Below, one piece after another: positions 31,024-44,071 of a stretch of 64,000 nt of DNA (position 1 is its first letter; each line of letters begins with the position of its first letter). A program made the position numbers and the translations under genes. The stretch lies in assembly GCF_009914755.1 (NCBI RefSeq), contig NC_060929.1, one strand, 5' to 3'. Source of the stretch: the human T2T-CHM13v2.0 reference genome, Homo sapiens. The notes beneath the pieces were generated by a model. The model ran no database searches and had not been told where the DNA came from. It worked only from the letters and a program-made list of their open reading frames with translations.

Positions 31024-32816
31024 TATCTCAACTTCTTTTAAAACTCTGCTTTATACTCAACCTCAAGGGAAAAATTTCTTTTAAAAATAATATTTTAGCT
31101 ATTACTAGTTATGCACATCTTTCTATGACCCTTCTTGTTTCCTTATTTCTGCCATCAGCACCATCCTATCATTTCCATGGTAGCACTGTATATATGCATA
31201 GTGTTGTATTATCACTTAATAAACCCTCCATAAACTAAACATGAATTTATTAGGTAAATTTAATAAAAAGTTGTCTGTAGAGATTACTCATTTTTTGAAA
31301 TAGTGATGTTTAATGCTAAGTTATTCCTATCACAGTCTGTTGGCTTCTGTCATCTTGACAACATCTACACAAAGCTCTCCTGACAAATTTGGAAGTTGCT
31401 AGGTTGTTAGTATGTGTGACACTGAAACAATTGGTTTTGTATAATTAATTGGCCTATTCAAAGTCATAGCATCTTTGAATGAGAGAAGAAGAATACACAA
31501 TTAATGTTGATGGCCATATAATTAGATATGAAAGCTGAAAGAGATTAATATAAACTCAGTGTGACAATACCTCCATAATTATCCCAGGGTAATCTATTGG
31601 TTACAGATGGTAACTACCATTTGCATGATCAAGACTATTTTTCCATTTTCCTTTTATATACCCCCTAAGATACTTTTACTACTTGAGAAAATACCTTAAA
31701 TACTTACAATCCTAATGGGGAGTGATTTTCTGCTAAATCAATTTGTTAGAAGTAATCTCCCACTGACTTAGTGTACTCTTTGCATGCTCCAGAAACTTTA
31801 GCAATTGGAGGTGTTCAAATTAGTAGTGCTTTCCAGAGATAATGGGGATCATGTGAACCTCATGGGATCACTTGAACCTCACGGTACACATCAGAGAGAT
31901 AAAAGAATTTTTGGTGATTCATCTCTCAGTTAAAGAGAAGAAGGAAACTGGTGGCTACATAGTACCCATAAAACAGAGTAAAAAAAAAATCACATATAAA
32001 TATTTGGTTTTTGGTAAATTTGTTTGAAAAATTAGCAGAATTGAAATAGAAAATAGGAAATTGTGATAAAAATACAAGGAAAAAATTTTAAACTCTAACT
32101 TTATTTACTTAGCATGTTTCACAATTTCTTCTCAATTCTTTTTTTCCTCCCTGAGTGCTGCAGTTATTGAAAATCAGCTGCAAGAGTACATCCGCATCTC
32201 CTCCTGTATTCCCTGGCATATGCTAACTCTGAGTAGGTATACTGCAACAAATTGTTACTAGGCAATTGGGAATTTCTACCTGGAATAAGTGGCTATTATA
32301 CAATAGAAATATTGGCCAATGAAATTGCTTACTCTTGTATATAATGGAACAGCCAGTGATGATTTGTTTTGGTCCTTCTTATCAGCCAAGCAGCTAAAAT
32401 TAGAAACTACTTTTTTTTTTTCTTAGCAAGTAGCTCATTTCCAATCTCTTGCAGGTTAAAGATTCTTTAGCAGTTTCTTTGTAGTAAGTTGCTGATTTTA
32501 CTTCAAGTAAGCTAGAGTGAATCTTAAAATATTTACCAGGCATATGACAAGGTAGTCTATTTATATGAACAAGTGTGAACATGTTATTAGTAAGGTTACT
32601 ATGCTTATATTCCTGCAGTAGCCTTAAAAGCATGGTTAATTTGGTATATTTCTCCTTTATCCATTGAGTTACGGATTACAAAAATAGCTCAGTTGTTTTC
32701 AATTGCGTCATCCAAGTTAAATGGGAAATGTGTATTTCATTATGATTCTCAATTGACTAGCAGAACAATGTATAGGCACACAGCAATCAAATATATTAAG
32801 CCACTCAAATCACATA

Positions 32817-33994
32817 TGGTCGTACTCCCCATACTAACATTTTAGTCAACAATGGATCCATATAAAATGACAGTCCTATACGTTTATGATGGGGCTGAAA
32901 AATTCCTATTGTTCTAGTGGCAACGTAGCCATCATAACATTTCAGCACAAAGCACTACTCATGTATTTGTGGCGATGCTGGTGTAAACAAACCTACTCTA
33001 CTGCGAATGGTATAAAAGTAACAGCACATACAATTATGTAGAGTACAGAATACTGGATAATAAACAACCTTGCCACTGGCTTATGTATTTACTATACTAT
33101 TCTTTTTACAAGTATTTTAGAGTGGACTCCTTCTACTTATTAAAAAATTAGTTTACACAACGTCAGGCAGGTCATTCAGGACATATTCCACAAGAAGGCA
33201 TTGTTATCATAAGAGATGACAACTCAATGCATGTAAGTGCCCCTGGGACAAGATGTGGAGGTGAAAGACAGTGATGTTGATGATGCTGACCTGGTGAAGG
33301 CCTAGGCCAATGTGTGTGTGTTTGTGTCTTTATTTTTAACATAAATAGTTTAAAAAGTAAAAAGAAACAGAAAAAGCTTATAGAATAAGGACATAAAGAA
33401 AATATTTTTGTGCAGCTGCACAACATGTTTGTGTTTTAATCTAAGTATTATGAAAGAGAGTAGAAAAGTTAAAAAATAAATTTTATAAAGTAAAGAAGGT
33501 ACAGTAAGCTTACATCAATTTATTGTTTAAGAACAAAAATATAACTTTGGTGTTCATCAAGTTTACAGTAGTATACAGTAATGCCCTAGGCGTTCAAATT
33601 CACTCACCCTAGGCGTTCAAACTCATGGTGAGTGAATGGTGACTCTGACTCACCCAGAGCAACTGCCAGTTTTGCAAGTTGCATTTACAATAAGTGCGGT
33701 ATTGAAGTGTACTATTTTTTATATTTTATATTGTATTTTTACTGTACTTTTTATGATTAGATAGGATTAGATACATAAATACCATGGTGTTATACTTACC
33801 TCCAGTATTCAATACAGTAATATGCTGTATAGGTTTACAGCCTAGGAGCAATAGGCTATACCATATAGCCTAGGTGTGTAGTAGGCTATACCAGCTAAGT
33901 TTGTATGAGTAAACTCTGATCTTCACAAAACGATGAAATTGCCTAAAGATGCATCTCTCAGAACGTATCTCTGTCTTTAAGCAATGTATGATTG
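32817..33994 (+). mobile_element. Tigger3 (Tigger3b-like) DNA transposon
   Basis: TA-flanked. Contains 'ggggctgaaaaattcctatt', 'gcgatgctggtgtaaacaaaccta' and 'cctaggagcaataggctataccatatagcctaggtgtgtagtaggctatacca', and ends 'taagcaatgtatgattg'. Confidence 0.85.
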
Positions 33995-34137
33995 TATATC
34001 TATTGAACTGTTTTATTATTTATGTTGGTATTTGTTTACTACTTTTCAATAGGCAGATATTTTAAAGTGATAGTGGAAAAACTATGCTGTATATATTTGA
34101 GACTATGTATACACATATACACATATGTTTATGTCTG

Positions 34138-34166
34138 TGTGTGTGTGCGTGTGTGTGTGTGTGTGT
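34138..34166. repeat. (TG)n microsatellite with one interruption
   Basis: Read directly from the sequence. Confidence 0.9.
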
Positions 34167-35149
34167 ATAAAATCTTCTATTCAAAGAAGTCGTGATTGAC
34201 AAGAATTATCAAAGATTGTAATCTTCTCTTTCCTGGCAGCCTTCTTTAGAAGACTCTTCTGAAGTTTTTGACAATGTTTGACCCTGTTTTCCCCACAAAG
34301 TCTAAAGCTCACTTCATATTTCCTGTATAATTTTTCAATATTCCAAAGTGATACCTTTTTATAATTTAGTATCATTTTGATTTTCTTTCAATAAATTCTA
34401 CTGAAATCTTTCATAGCTTGGACTGTTAAACCTGTGTGGGAGCTTAGAAATCCTATAGTAGTCCTTGTATTTATAACCTGGGATCTGTGGACGGCCAGAG
34501 TCAGTTGATTGAGCATTAGAATTCCTGAGCACTGGAGTTATATGCAAAACTTGGGGCACAAATTCATACATGTATTACCTGGAAAGAAATTCCACATTCA
34601 CTACTTTCCCAGAAGTGATTAGAATTCAATACAGACCAAGAAAAGCTGACCTTGGCAAACCCTCCCTCTTTAATGTGAAACCATGGGACCCAGAGTAGGA
34701 ATGTCAATTTCCTTCAGTTTAGTCACAAAGCCTGTGCTCAGCCCTGTGTTTTCTTTTTCATGAGCCACCTTCTTCTTTTCTCTTTATTCCAGATTGGTTT
34801 CTACTTTCCCGCATTATTTATGCTCATCAACGTTGGTATACTATTCCCAATGAAGAATAACATTTGCCATGTGTGAAAAATTAAAATGTATCAAACAATT
34901 GGCTGATTAACAGAATAAAGTACAGTTTCAAATGGGTACTGATAAAAGTTTTCCAGCATTTTTGAATCCTAAAAAAATCACAATATTTTATGTAAAATCC
35001 AGTTACCTGACACAACGGTTGTACTGGAGATATTAAAACGTATAGGGATGCATGCATCACTTAAGGAATTCACAATCTGATAAATTCAACAGATACATAA
35101 ATGAGTAATTATAATATAAATTAAAAATTAGTAGAATAAAATTTTAAAA

Positions 35150-35390
35150 TAAAAAATAATAGCTAACATTTATTCATCCCCTACCATGTGACAAGACATA
35201 TAAAATTTTAATAGATTTGAATTTTCACAAAAAAGTATCTGAAATAAGTCACATGGTAATCTTTATTCTATAAGCAAACAGATATGAAAATTAAATACTT
35301 TTTCTAAGAAAGCTCAGTACTTACAAGCTGTTTAGGAATTCAAACACAGGCAAGCTGGCTGCAGTGTGAATGCCCTTCAACTATGTGTGT
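35150..35390 (-). mobile_element. MIR
   Basis: 'aataatagctaacatttatt...ctaccatgtgacaagac...ggaattcaaacacaggcaagctggct'. Confidence 0.6.
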
Positions 35391-35929
35391 ACCCATTTTA
35401 TCTTTGGAAGTAACATTTTGAAATGCAAATGGATAATGAGTTGTAGCATGAGGATTAAAACACAGCATCAGAATCACAGCATTTGAGAACCAAAAGGAAT
35501 TTAGATAATATGCAGTATAGCTGTCTGGTTAAGGAACCTATTTCCCCTATGCTTCTATACGTTCTGTAAGTTTTCTGAGTCGTTCTGATCACAGCTCATT
35601 TCTCGTGTATATTAGTATATCCAGCCCCCACACATGACTTTTATATGGTAAGTTTCCAATAACTGGTTCTCAAAAGGATCAAAGAGTGAGATGTGTCAGA
35701 AATGACTCCACAAATATTTGTGTAGAGCTATTCAAAATATACAAACTCTATAGAGTGTTAAAAATTGTTGACACAAGAACATAGTAAGTTGAATTTGGGG
35801 AAGTGTGAGGAGAATGGAGAAAAGGAAAAGTCAAATCAGAATAGGATTTGCTCCTCAAATCATTATAGTTTGGGTGTCTTAAGATTTGATGTTTACTGGG
35901 GGCTTCAATCCACATATTTCCTCTACATA

Positions 35930-36320
35930 TACAACTATTTTCACATCTTCAAATATGTGAGCCAATATTTACAAATTACCTCCTCCATTTCAATTTTTTC
36001 TTGTCCAAATTTTCCCCATTTTGCATTGAGTTACTAGATATTTCCATTTGAGCGTGTCATAGAACATTAAATAAATTATATCCAAAATGGAGTTCACCAT
36101 GTCACTCCAAAATGATTTTCATACCTCTATTTTTTCCCAGTTAAATAGGATAATCACCAACCGAATCCATCCTAACGTCTTCCTCTCATATTCCTTGCAT
36201 CTTATCATCATATTAACCATGCACAATCTTGCAGACTTTTATATAACGTCATTTTAATGCAGGGGCTATTATGTAATCTTTTTCACACTCCCAATTCCAT
36301 TGTCCATTTTAAGACTACAT
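35930..36320 (+). mobile_element. L2 relic
   Basis: 'actagatatttccatttgagcgtgtcatagaacattaaataaattatatccaaaatggagttc'. Confidence 0.5.
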
Positions 36321-36586
36321 ATTTCAAGAAAAAATAGATTTTTTGTGTGCTTTTTTTTCTTAAATTTTCTCAGCAAAGTTCTTCAATACTTGGCTCCATA
36401 ATTCACTGATTAGAGAATATGAATAACTGCTAGCCTCAGCCTCTTTCCTTCCTTCCTATTGAAATTGCCTTTGCAAAATTATGACTGAAACAGTGAAAGA
36501 GATCTAACTCAACTTACTACATCTTGCTTCTAACCTCCAAGCTGTCCTTGTTCATTCCTGGGTGTAGGCTGAACTAACTTAGTGGG

Positions 36587-37073
36587 GGTGATGGTTAATA
36601 GTGAGTGTTAGCTTGATTGGATTGAAGGATGCAAAGTATTGATCCTGGGGATGTCTGTGAGGGTGTTGCCAAAGGAGATTAACATTTGAGTCAGCGGCTG
36701 GGAAAGGTAGACCTACCCTTAATCTGTGTGTGCACCATCTAATCAGCTGCCAGTGTGGCCAGAATATAAAGAGGGCAGAAAAATGTGAAAAGGCTACACT
36801 GGCTTAGCCTCCCAGGCTTCACCTTTCTCCTGTACTGGATGCTTCCTGCCCTCGAACATCGGACTCCAAGTTCTTCAGCTTTGGGACTTGGACTGGCTTC
36901 CTTGTTCTTCATCTTGCAGATGGCTTATCGTGAGACCTTGTGATCATGTAAGTTAATACTATTTAATAACCCCCATATATATATATACACACACATATAT
37001 ATGTGTGTATATATACGTATATATGTATATATACACACAAATGTGTGTGTACACACACATATATATGTATGTG

Positions 37074-37119
<46 letters not shown>

Positions 37120-37166
37120 CATATATACTATTAGTTCAGTCCCTCTAGAGAATCCTGACTAATAGA
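36587..37166 (+). mobile_element. MLT2A1/A2 (HERV-L) solo LTR inside LTR8, with expanded TA/TG microsatellite (36975-37127)
   Basis: 'gtgatggttaata...cttgattggattgaaggatgcaaagtattgatcctggg...gccaaaggagattaacatttgagtcag' through 'ccctctagagaatcctgactaata'. Confidence 0.9.
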
Positions 37167-37555
37167 GGGAGAAACTTAGTTTATAGTTTAAAACAAAGAT
37201 GATAATAGCCCTTTCCCAAAACAGACCTCCTTCTTGCCTTTGTAGGACTAACATTAGCCACGAGATTCGAAATTACGGTTTAGGAGTTATGCAGCTAGAG
37301 GCTACAAGATTCTGACTTTCCTAAACTGCTCCTAAGATCAGTGCCTAAGATGTTTTGCAGACCCTGCACTTGATGGATCACCTGGCACCTCCCAGATCGA
37401 TAAACTGGCTCATCTGATCTTGTGGCCCCTACCCAGGAGCTGACTTAGCCCAAGAAGACAGTTTTGACTCCCTATGATTTCATCTTTGACCAATCAGTAC
37501 TCCTGGCTCACTGGTTTCCCCCCACCCATCATGGTGTCTTTAAAAACTCTGCTCC

Positions 37556-38073
37556 ACGTATGTTTATTGCAGCACTACTCACAATAGCAAAGACTTGGAA
37601 TCAACCCATATGTCCAACATTGATAGACTAGATTAAGAAAATGTGGCACATAAACACCATGGAATACTATGCATCCATAAAAAACGATGAGTTAATGTCC
37701 TTTGCAGGGACATGGATGAAGCTGGAAACCATCATTCTCAGCAAACTATCGCAAGGACAAAAAAACCAAACACCACATGTTCTCACTTATAGGTGGGAAT
37801 TGAACAATGAGAACACTTGCACACAGGAAGGGGAACATCACACACTGGGGCCTGTTGTGGGGTAGGGGGAGGGGGGAGGGGGGAGGGGGGAGGGGGGAGG
37901 GATAGCATTAGGAGATAAACCTAATGTAAATGATGAGTTAATGGGTGCAGCACACCAACATGGCAGATGTATACATATGTAACAAACCTGCACGTTGTGC
38001 ACATGTACCCTAGAAGTTAAAGTATAATAAAAAATATATATATATAAAGCAAAATCAAGAATAAAGTGGAAAA
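37556..38073 (+). mobile_element. L1PA4-like 3' fragment (~520 bp) inside LTR8
   Basis: L1 ORF2 end and 3'UTR (ORF 37641..37865 'MEYYASIKNDELMSFAGTWMKLETIILSKL'). 14-bp TSD 'aaaaactctgctcc' at 37542-37555 and 38074-38087, at a TT/AAAA site. Confidence 0.93.
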
Positions 38074-39135
38074 AAAAACTCTGCTCCCTGAATGCTCAGG
38101 GAGGCTGATTTGAGTAATAATAAAACTCCAGTTTCCTGTACAACTGGCTCTGCATGAATTATTCTTTCTCAACTGCAAATCCCCTGTCTTGAGAAATCAG
38201 CTCTGTCTAGGCAGCACGCAAGGAGAACTCACTGGGCGGATACGCTATCAAATTTTCAAAGATTGAAGAACCATGAGTCCATGCTTTTAAGAAAAACAAT
38301 ATAGAAAAAAAATAAAACCCATTTTTGTTGTTGTTCTAGCAAAATAGTTCAACTCTATAATTTGTTCATAGAATTGAAATATGTACTTACATTCTAACAC
38401 AGAGAGAAGGTCGTTACCCTTTAGCCAAAGTGTGAGCAATGATTACTCAGCACAACAAAGAACAAAGAACGTTGTTTCCTGAAATGTTTGTATGTGCATG
38501 TACAACTACAAGTACAAATACAAACATGTATAAATATGTGGTAAATTTTATTAAAAATAAAACATGGAAAAGTCAGTCTTTAATTTAATCTATAAATTAA
38601 CATGCCTTTTATACCTTTTAATTATAATTTCCTAGAAAATAAGATTTAACTTTTTTCTTTTCTGAGAACAATTGTTCATCATTAAATATTCAGAAAGAAA
38701 ATATTTTCCATGTAATAAATGTTTAACACATATTTTTTCTTCAAGAGTCTTAATGAATTGTTAACCTTATAGATTATATAAAAAATTTATTTCAAACTGT
38801 TTTTACCTAAATTAAATATACTAAATATATCAAAATGTTGAAATAATTTTATCTACTTGGATTTAGCACAACAAAAGTAATATAATAATCAATTCACTCA
38901 AATCAACTAAAAACAAATAGCAAGAATCTATAAAGAAAACAGACTTTTTCAGTCTATTATTTTTAAGTTATATTTGATTCTAATATTACTTAATACAAAC
39001 TATTTTTTTTCAACCCCAATACAAAGTCTAGTCTTAGCGGCCACATTACAACAAAGTGTTATCCATAAAGTGAGAATACATTAAAATATAATAGCGGAAA
39101 ATTTCAAAGCAGACTGTAGCCAAGTCAGCAATTTA

Positions 39136-39175
39136 AAAATAATAAATAAATAAATAAATAAATAAATAAAAATAA
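39136..39175. repeat. (AAAT)n microsatellite
   Basis: Read directly from the sequence. Confidence 0.8.
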
Positions 39176-39699
39176 TTCCAAGGTAAACTAAAAGTACATT
39201 CTTTTATAAATTTTTAGGTAGAAGGACCTGAAATATAAACATAATGTGGGGCTTTTAAAATTATCTTTGGAGAATTACACTATGAAATCTTTGTTGCTAA
39301 GGACTCTCACAATCAATCAATCAATCAATAAAAGGCTTTTTGTGATCACAAAATGTTTAAAGTATTCTTAACTTAGGCATTCTCTAAGATTTATTTAACC
39401 CAAGGTACTAGTATAACCAAAGTTTAGATAGATATACCTCAGATACACCCACAGTTGTAAAAAATCTTAACATGTTGACATTTATCTTTGTTAAACATAG
39501 CTTTTCCAAATACATTTAAACATAAAATCATCTTTTATTTTCATAAAATTTATTCAATAGAGCCTTGTTTGGGATTAAAGATAGCTAAATTCATATATTG
39601 TTTGTTACTCCATAATTTTTTTAGGGAAGCAAAGTATCTTTACGTTTCTAACAATAATCAGAATCTATGGCAAATTTGGTGTACTTATCTTTACTTAGA

Positions 39700-40110
39700 A
39701 ACGTCTTAACCTCCATTCTAAACTAAATTCAAAAATTACTTCTCCCAGGAAGTGTTTCCAGAAACATGAGGCCTGGTTAAGTTCCCCTCTCATAGGCTTG
39801 CATTGGACTTTGTACTTTCTTTTCAGTCCTCCTATTACAATTTGAATCGAACAACAAATTATAGCATTTTGGCATCATTTTTTCTCCTACAGAATGTAAA
39901 GAAGCTCCAATTCTGACTTAATCATTGTATCCATAGCACCTAACACAGTTGATAGAATTTGGTAGATCCTCACCAAGGAAGTGTTATTGCGTGAATGAAG
40001 ATATTGAAGCTCACAGAAGTGATGAGACTATTCAGTATTATAGAACCAGTGAATAAGTTTCAAGTTTAAACAAGAGTTCAAATCTAAAACACAGCCCAGA
40101 ACTTTTTTCT
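39700..40110. mobile_element. L2 3' end followed by a MIR fragment
   Basis: 'cattgtatccatagcacctaacacagttgat...tgaatgaa' is an L2 end, followed by 'gaagctcacagaagtgatgagact' (MIR). Confidence 0.5.
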
Positions 40111-40117
40111 CTAGACT

Positions 40118-40315
40118 TACACTGTCTAATATGGTACCATTTGGCACATATGCTACTCAAATTTGAATTTAAATGGGTTAAATTAAATATAATAACATTT
40201 TAGAGCATTATTTTACATTTCAAATGCTCAATAATCTCATGTGGCCAGTGGCTACTGTACTGGACAATGCAGAATTTTCCCATCTTTGCAGGAAGTTCTA
40301 AAGGCCAATGCTTTG
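40118..40315. mobile_element. MER3-like hAT MITE
   Basis: 'actgtctaatatggtacc...acatttcaaatgctcaataatctcatgtggccagtggctactgtactggacaatgcaga...gcaggaagttcta'. Confidence 0.75.
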
Positions 40316-42046
40316 ACTCTATAAACAAAGTATAATGTAAAAATAATAAATTAGGCCTCTCATAAAACTTGAATGTTAATTATATTTACTATAATACCTA
40401 CTTTGGTTTCTTTTAAAGAGAGTTATTATTTTTATTAATCTATAAAAAATTGAATAATATCATTTTAGAAGAAAATAAATTTAATAATCTTAATATATAT
40501 CTTTAAAATAATGTCAATGTGATAATGTGAAAATGACAATGGGCCTCTAATTTATCTGTGCTGATGACAGACAGTGAGAAATTAGCTTCATTTTGATAGG
40601 AAGATTTAATTAAGGAAAATAATTGGACATCGCTTGTGTCTATAAAGCACAATGTAAATTGAGGATCAGGTTAATTTGATCATCATGGACAGGCCAAACA
40701 AAGGGAAATAATACAAAACTTGCATTATGACCTCCATTATTAATTTGGGATATGAAAATTGACTCTATTATCTGATTAATACATATAATTATTAAAATTA
40801 GTAGAGTTAAAGGCAAGGACATTTGGACAGTAGCAAGTTATATTAGACAAAAATAAAAACTGAGTCCCTGCTTTGACAAAAAAAAGAACACTTTGCTCTC
40901 TACATTTAAAAAATAACATTAAAATGTATTGCTTCAAGAAAATATTTCTGAAATGCAAAAAATCATTAAATAAACTTTAGGGAATGATTCAGGGTAAGGA
41001 AACAATGACCCATAAATGTCACCAATTTCTATGCTATAAAATTCAGAAGCTTTGCTAGAAGTGCAAACATGTTTGATATTTCAAGACTGAAAACTACTGA
41101 GTTTAATAGAGGCAATATAGACATTTTGCCTTTCAAGAAACTAAACATTATTCCAGGAATAAATCTCAGGAAGACCTAAGTCCTGATCCTGCTGAAGGTG
41201 TGGTATTCTTGAAATGAGTGGAATTTCCTAGTCTTGTATAAGCACTCAGAAAACCTGAGGCTGCTACCAATTGTGTACATCAAGGAAGTATACAGGCAGG
41301 TGGACATTCTCCAAATGTGCTGAGAGCAGAAAGAAGACATAAAAATCCCCCATGAAAAGGTCTGTTATGAGGTTTTTCTAAAGAATCTGATAAGTTCTTA
41401 AATATACCCTGAATTAGGCAGTATCATCAGATTGCTTTCAATTGTCTTGAACCTTCTCTTTTTCAATGAACATTTGCTGATGTTCATATAATAGGGAGCT
41501 CTTTGAAGACAACTGATTTTTTGCATCCCTTTCCTCTATATATTTACACTTACAATTTTCAACATTGAGACATCATCAAAACAATAATTTTTACTATCCT
41601 CATTACTACAACACTGATGAGTGTCAAGTGTCTGCTCAGAAGCTAAAACCCATATCACATACAAGAAAAATTTCAGTCAACTATTTGCCCTTAAGAACAT
41701 AAGATGTGGTTCTTAACAATAAACTAATCTATTGAGAAGTGTTAGAGGGTATGTAGAGTAGTATGCTATCAAAAATATATGTGGCATGGAACCGAGAGCA
41801 ACTTAAAATAATTTTGTTCAGATGGTTCAAATAGTAGAAAAAGCTCCATATAGAAAGTGGAAACATATTTGTTCCTTGATGAAAAGTTAATGAGAAACTC
41901 GAAGCATAAAGTACAAAATGGTATATGTTTAATCCAGATTTACTAACTGTTGTTGCAAGAAGCTAGAACAAATATTATTCAGAATTAATAATAATAGCCA
42001 TAATACCTCTAAAACTGGACATTATTACTCTTTGGAACCTCCTCCA

Positions 42047-42528
42047 TCATCCTAGTTGCTTACGGTTGCCATGACAAATTACCACCAACTTGGTACTTAA
42101 AACAACACAAATTTATTATCTTGTAGTTCTAGAGAACAGAATTCCAAAATCAGTTTCACTGGAGAAAAACTCAAGGTGTCAGCAGAACCATCCTTGTTCT
42201 GGTTGCTCTAGGGTAGAACTGAATGGATTTTCCTGCCTTTTTCTATTTTCTAGAAAGACTGTCCCATTCCTTGGTTCCTGTCCTCATGTCATTCCAACCT
42301 TTGAACTGGCCATTCTCACATCACCTTCTCTGACTCTGATCTTCTGCCTCTCTCTTGTTAGAACGCTTATAGTTATATTGGGTCAGCCTGAATAAACCAG
42401 GATAATCTCCCCACCTCAAGATCTTTAATCACATCTGCAAAGTTATTTTTGTCACAGAAGATAAAATAGTCACAGGTTACAGGCACGGAAATACGGACAT
42501 TTTAAGCAAGCCATTAATCAGCCTATGT
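42047..42528 (-). mobile_element. MLT1 (C/D-like) solo LTR
   Basis: 'gttgccatgacaaattaccaccaacttggtacttaaaacaacacaaatttattatc...aaccaggataatctccccacctcaagatctttaatcacatctgcaaag'. Confidence 0.8.
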
Positions 42529-43294
42529 AAAAGTGCCTAGAAAAATATGTTTTATTTTGGTGGGAACAACTACATATTTGCAAGTCTTGGCAGGCAGAGT
42601 ACAGGTTGGATTTTGGCTGGTGCTTCACACTTCTGGTCATTTGCTTTTATTTCAGGACAGAAAGAGTACAACTTTCTATATACAGAGGGCCTACTATTCA
42701 CTATGTGATTGATTTGACAATATCTGCTACCTGCTCTAAAATATATCTGCCAGTGTAAATACTTGTAAATATCTACATGTATATTTGTGAACATCTGTGA
42801 ATATATTTGTGAATACCTACATGTATATTTCATTATTCCACTTTTGCTTTTACATGTTCTGTTGGGAGGTAACTGATAGCACAAGCCTCACTGGAAAGCT
42901 GGTTTTAAAACCAATAGATGGACAATATTTATCTGAAAGTGTGTTCCAGAGGGTAGCTTGCATATCATTGAAGATATTTTTTTTTTGGTATGTCCAAGAC
43001 ATGAAATTGCTAAAGAAGAATGTGGCAATATGCTGGACACTGTGTGCTTGACAATCCATAAAGTTGCTTAAAATATTTTTTATGTTATTCTAATCCTTTA
43101 AGTTTTAATTAAGGCCATGGGACAGTTTCACTAACCTAAAACTAGTCAATGGCCTCAGTTTGAAAAACATTTCCATTTTCTAAATCATTCCAACTCAATG
43201 ACTAGTAGATTAACTCATGTTTTACTTTTCTTCGTTTACTACAAGGATACACATAATTGTTAGTAAACACACAAAAATAGATATATTATTTGTT

Positions 43295-43619
<325 letters not shown>

Positions 43620-43954
43620 TAACCCAGAATGATAAAGAAAGAAGGATTTAAAGTAATATAACAAAAGAATATCCTATATTTCACAGATAATTTCACAGAT
43701 TATCCTATGACTGACTAAAAGTCGGGTCTAAATTTTCAGTCTGCGTATAGCTTTGAGAATTACTGTGATATTGGACATAGAAATGTTTGTATTTATAAGC
43801 ATTAGTATCAAAAACTTTAATTGCTTAGTTTATGGCAGCATAAAGAGGAAACGTAAGAGATCTTTTCTCCTAAGAATATAAAAATGACGAGTAGCTATTT
43901 TTAAAAGTATGCTACTAAGTGGCAGAGTCAATAGCTGTATTTAAATGTCATTAA

Positions 43955-44071
43955 AACCAGGAATGGTGGTGGGAGCCTGTAGTCCCAGCTACTCAAGTGG
44001 CTGAGACTGCAGGAATGCCTGTACCCAGGAGTTCAAGAATAGTCTGAACAACACAGTGAGGCCCCGTCTCA
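43955..44071 (+). mobile_element. FLAM_A/FAM-like Alu monomer, no tail
   Basis: 'gcctgtagtcccagctactcaag...cccaggagttcaagaatagtctgaacaacacagtgaggccccgtctc'. Confidence 0.75.

Larger units (their letters stand above)
36460..38244 (+). mobile_element. LTR8 solo ERV1 LTR in three pieces (36460-36586, 37167-37555, 38088-38244)
   Basis: 'tgaaattgcctttgcaaaattatgactgaaacagtgaaagagatctaac' through 'gctctgtctaggcagcacgcaaggagaactcactgggcggatacg'. Perfect 4-bp TSD CTAT at 36456-36459 and 38245-38248. Confidence 0.9.

Noticed and set aside
31845-31881. Tandem 'gggatcatgtgaacctca' / 'gggatcacttgaacctca'
   Set aside because: An old diverged 19-bp tandem duplication with no further structure.
34460-34650. 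Possible MER103-like hAT relic inside a MIR
   Set aside because: Too diverged to call by eye.
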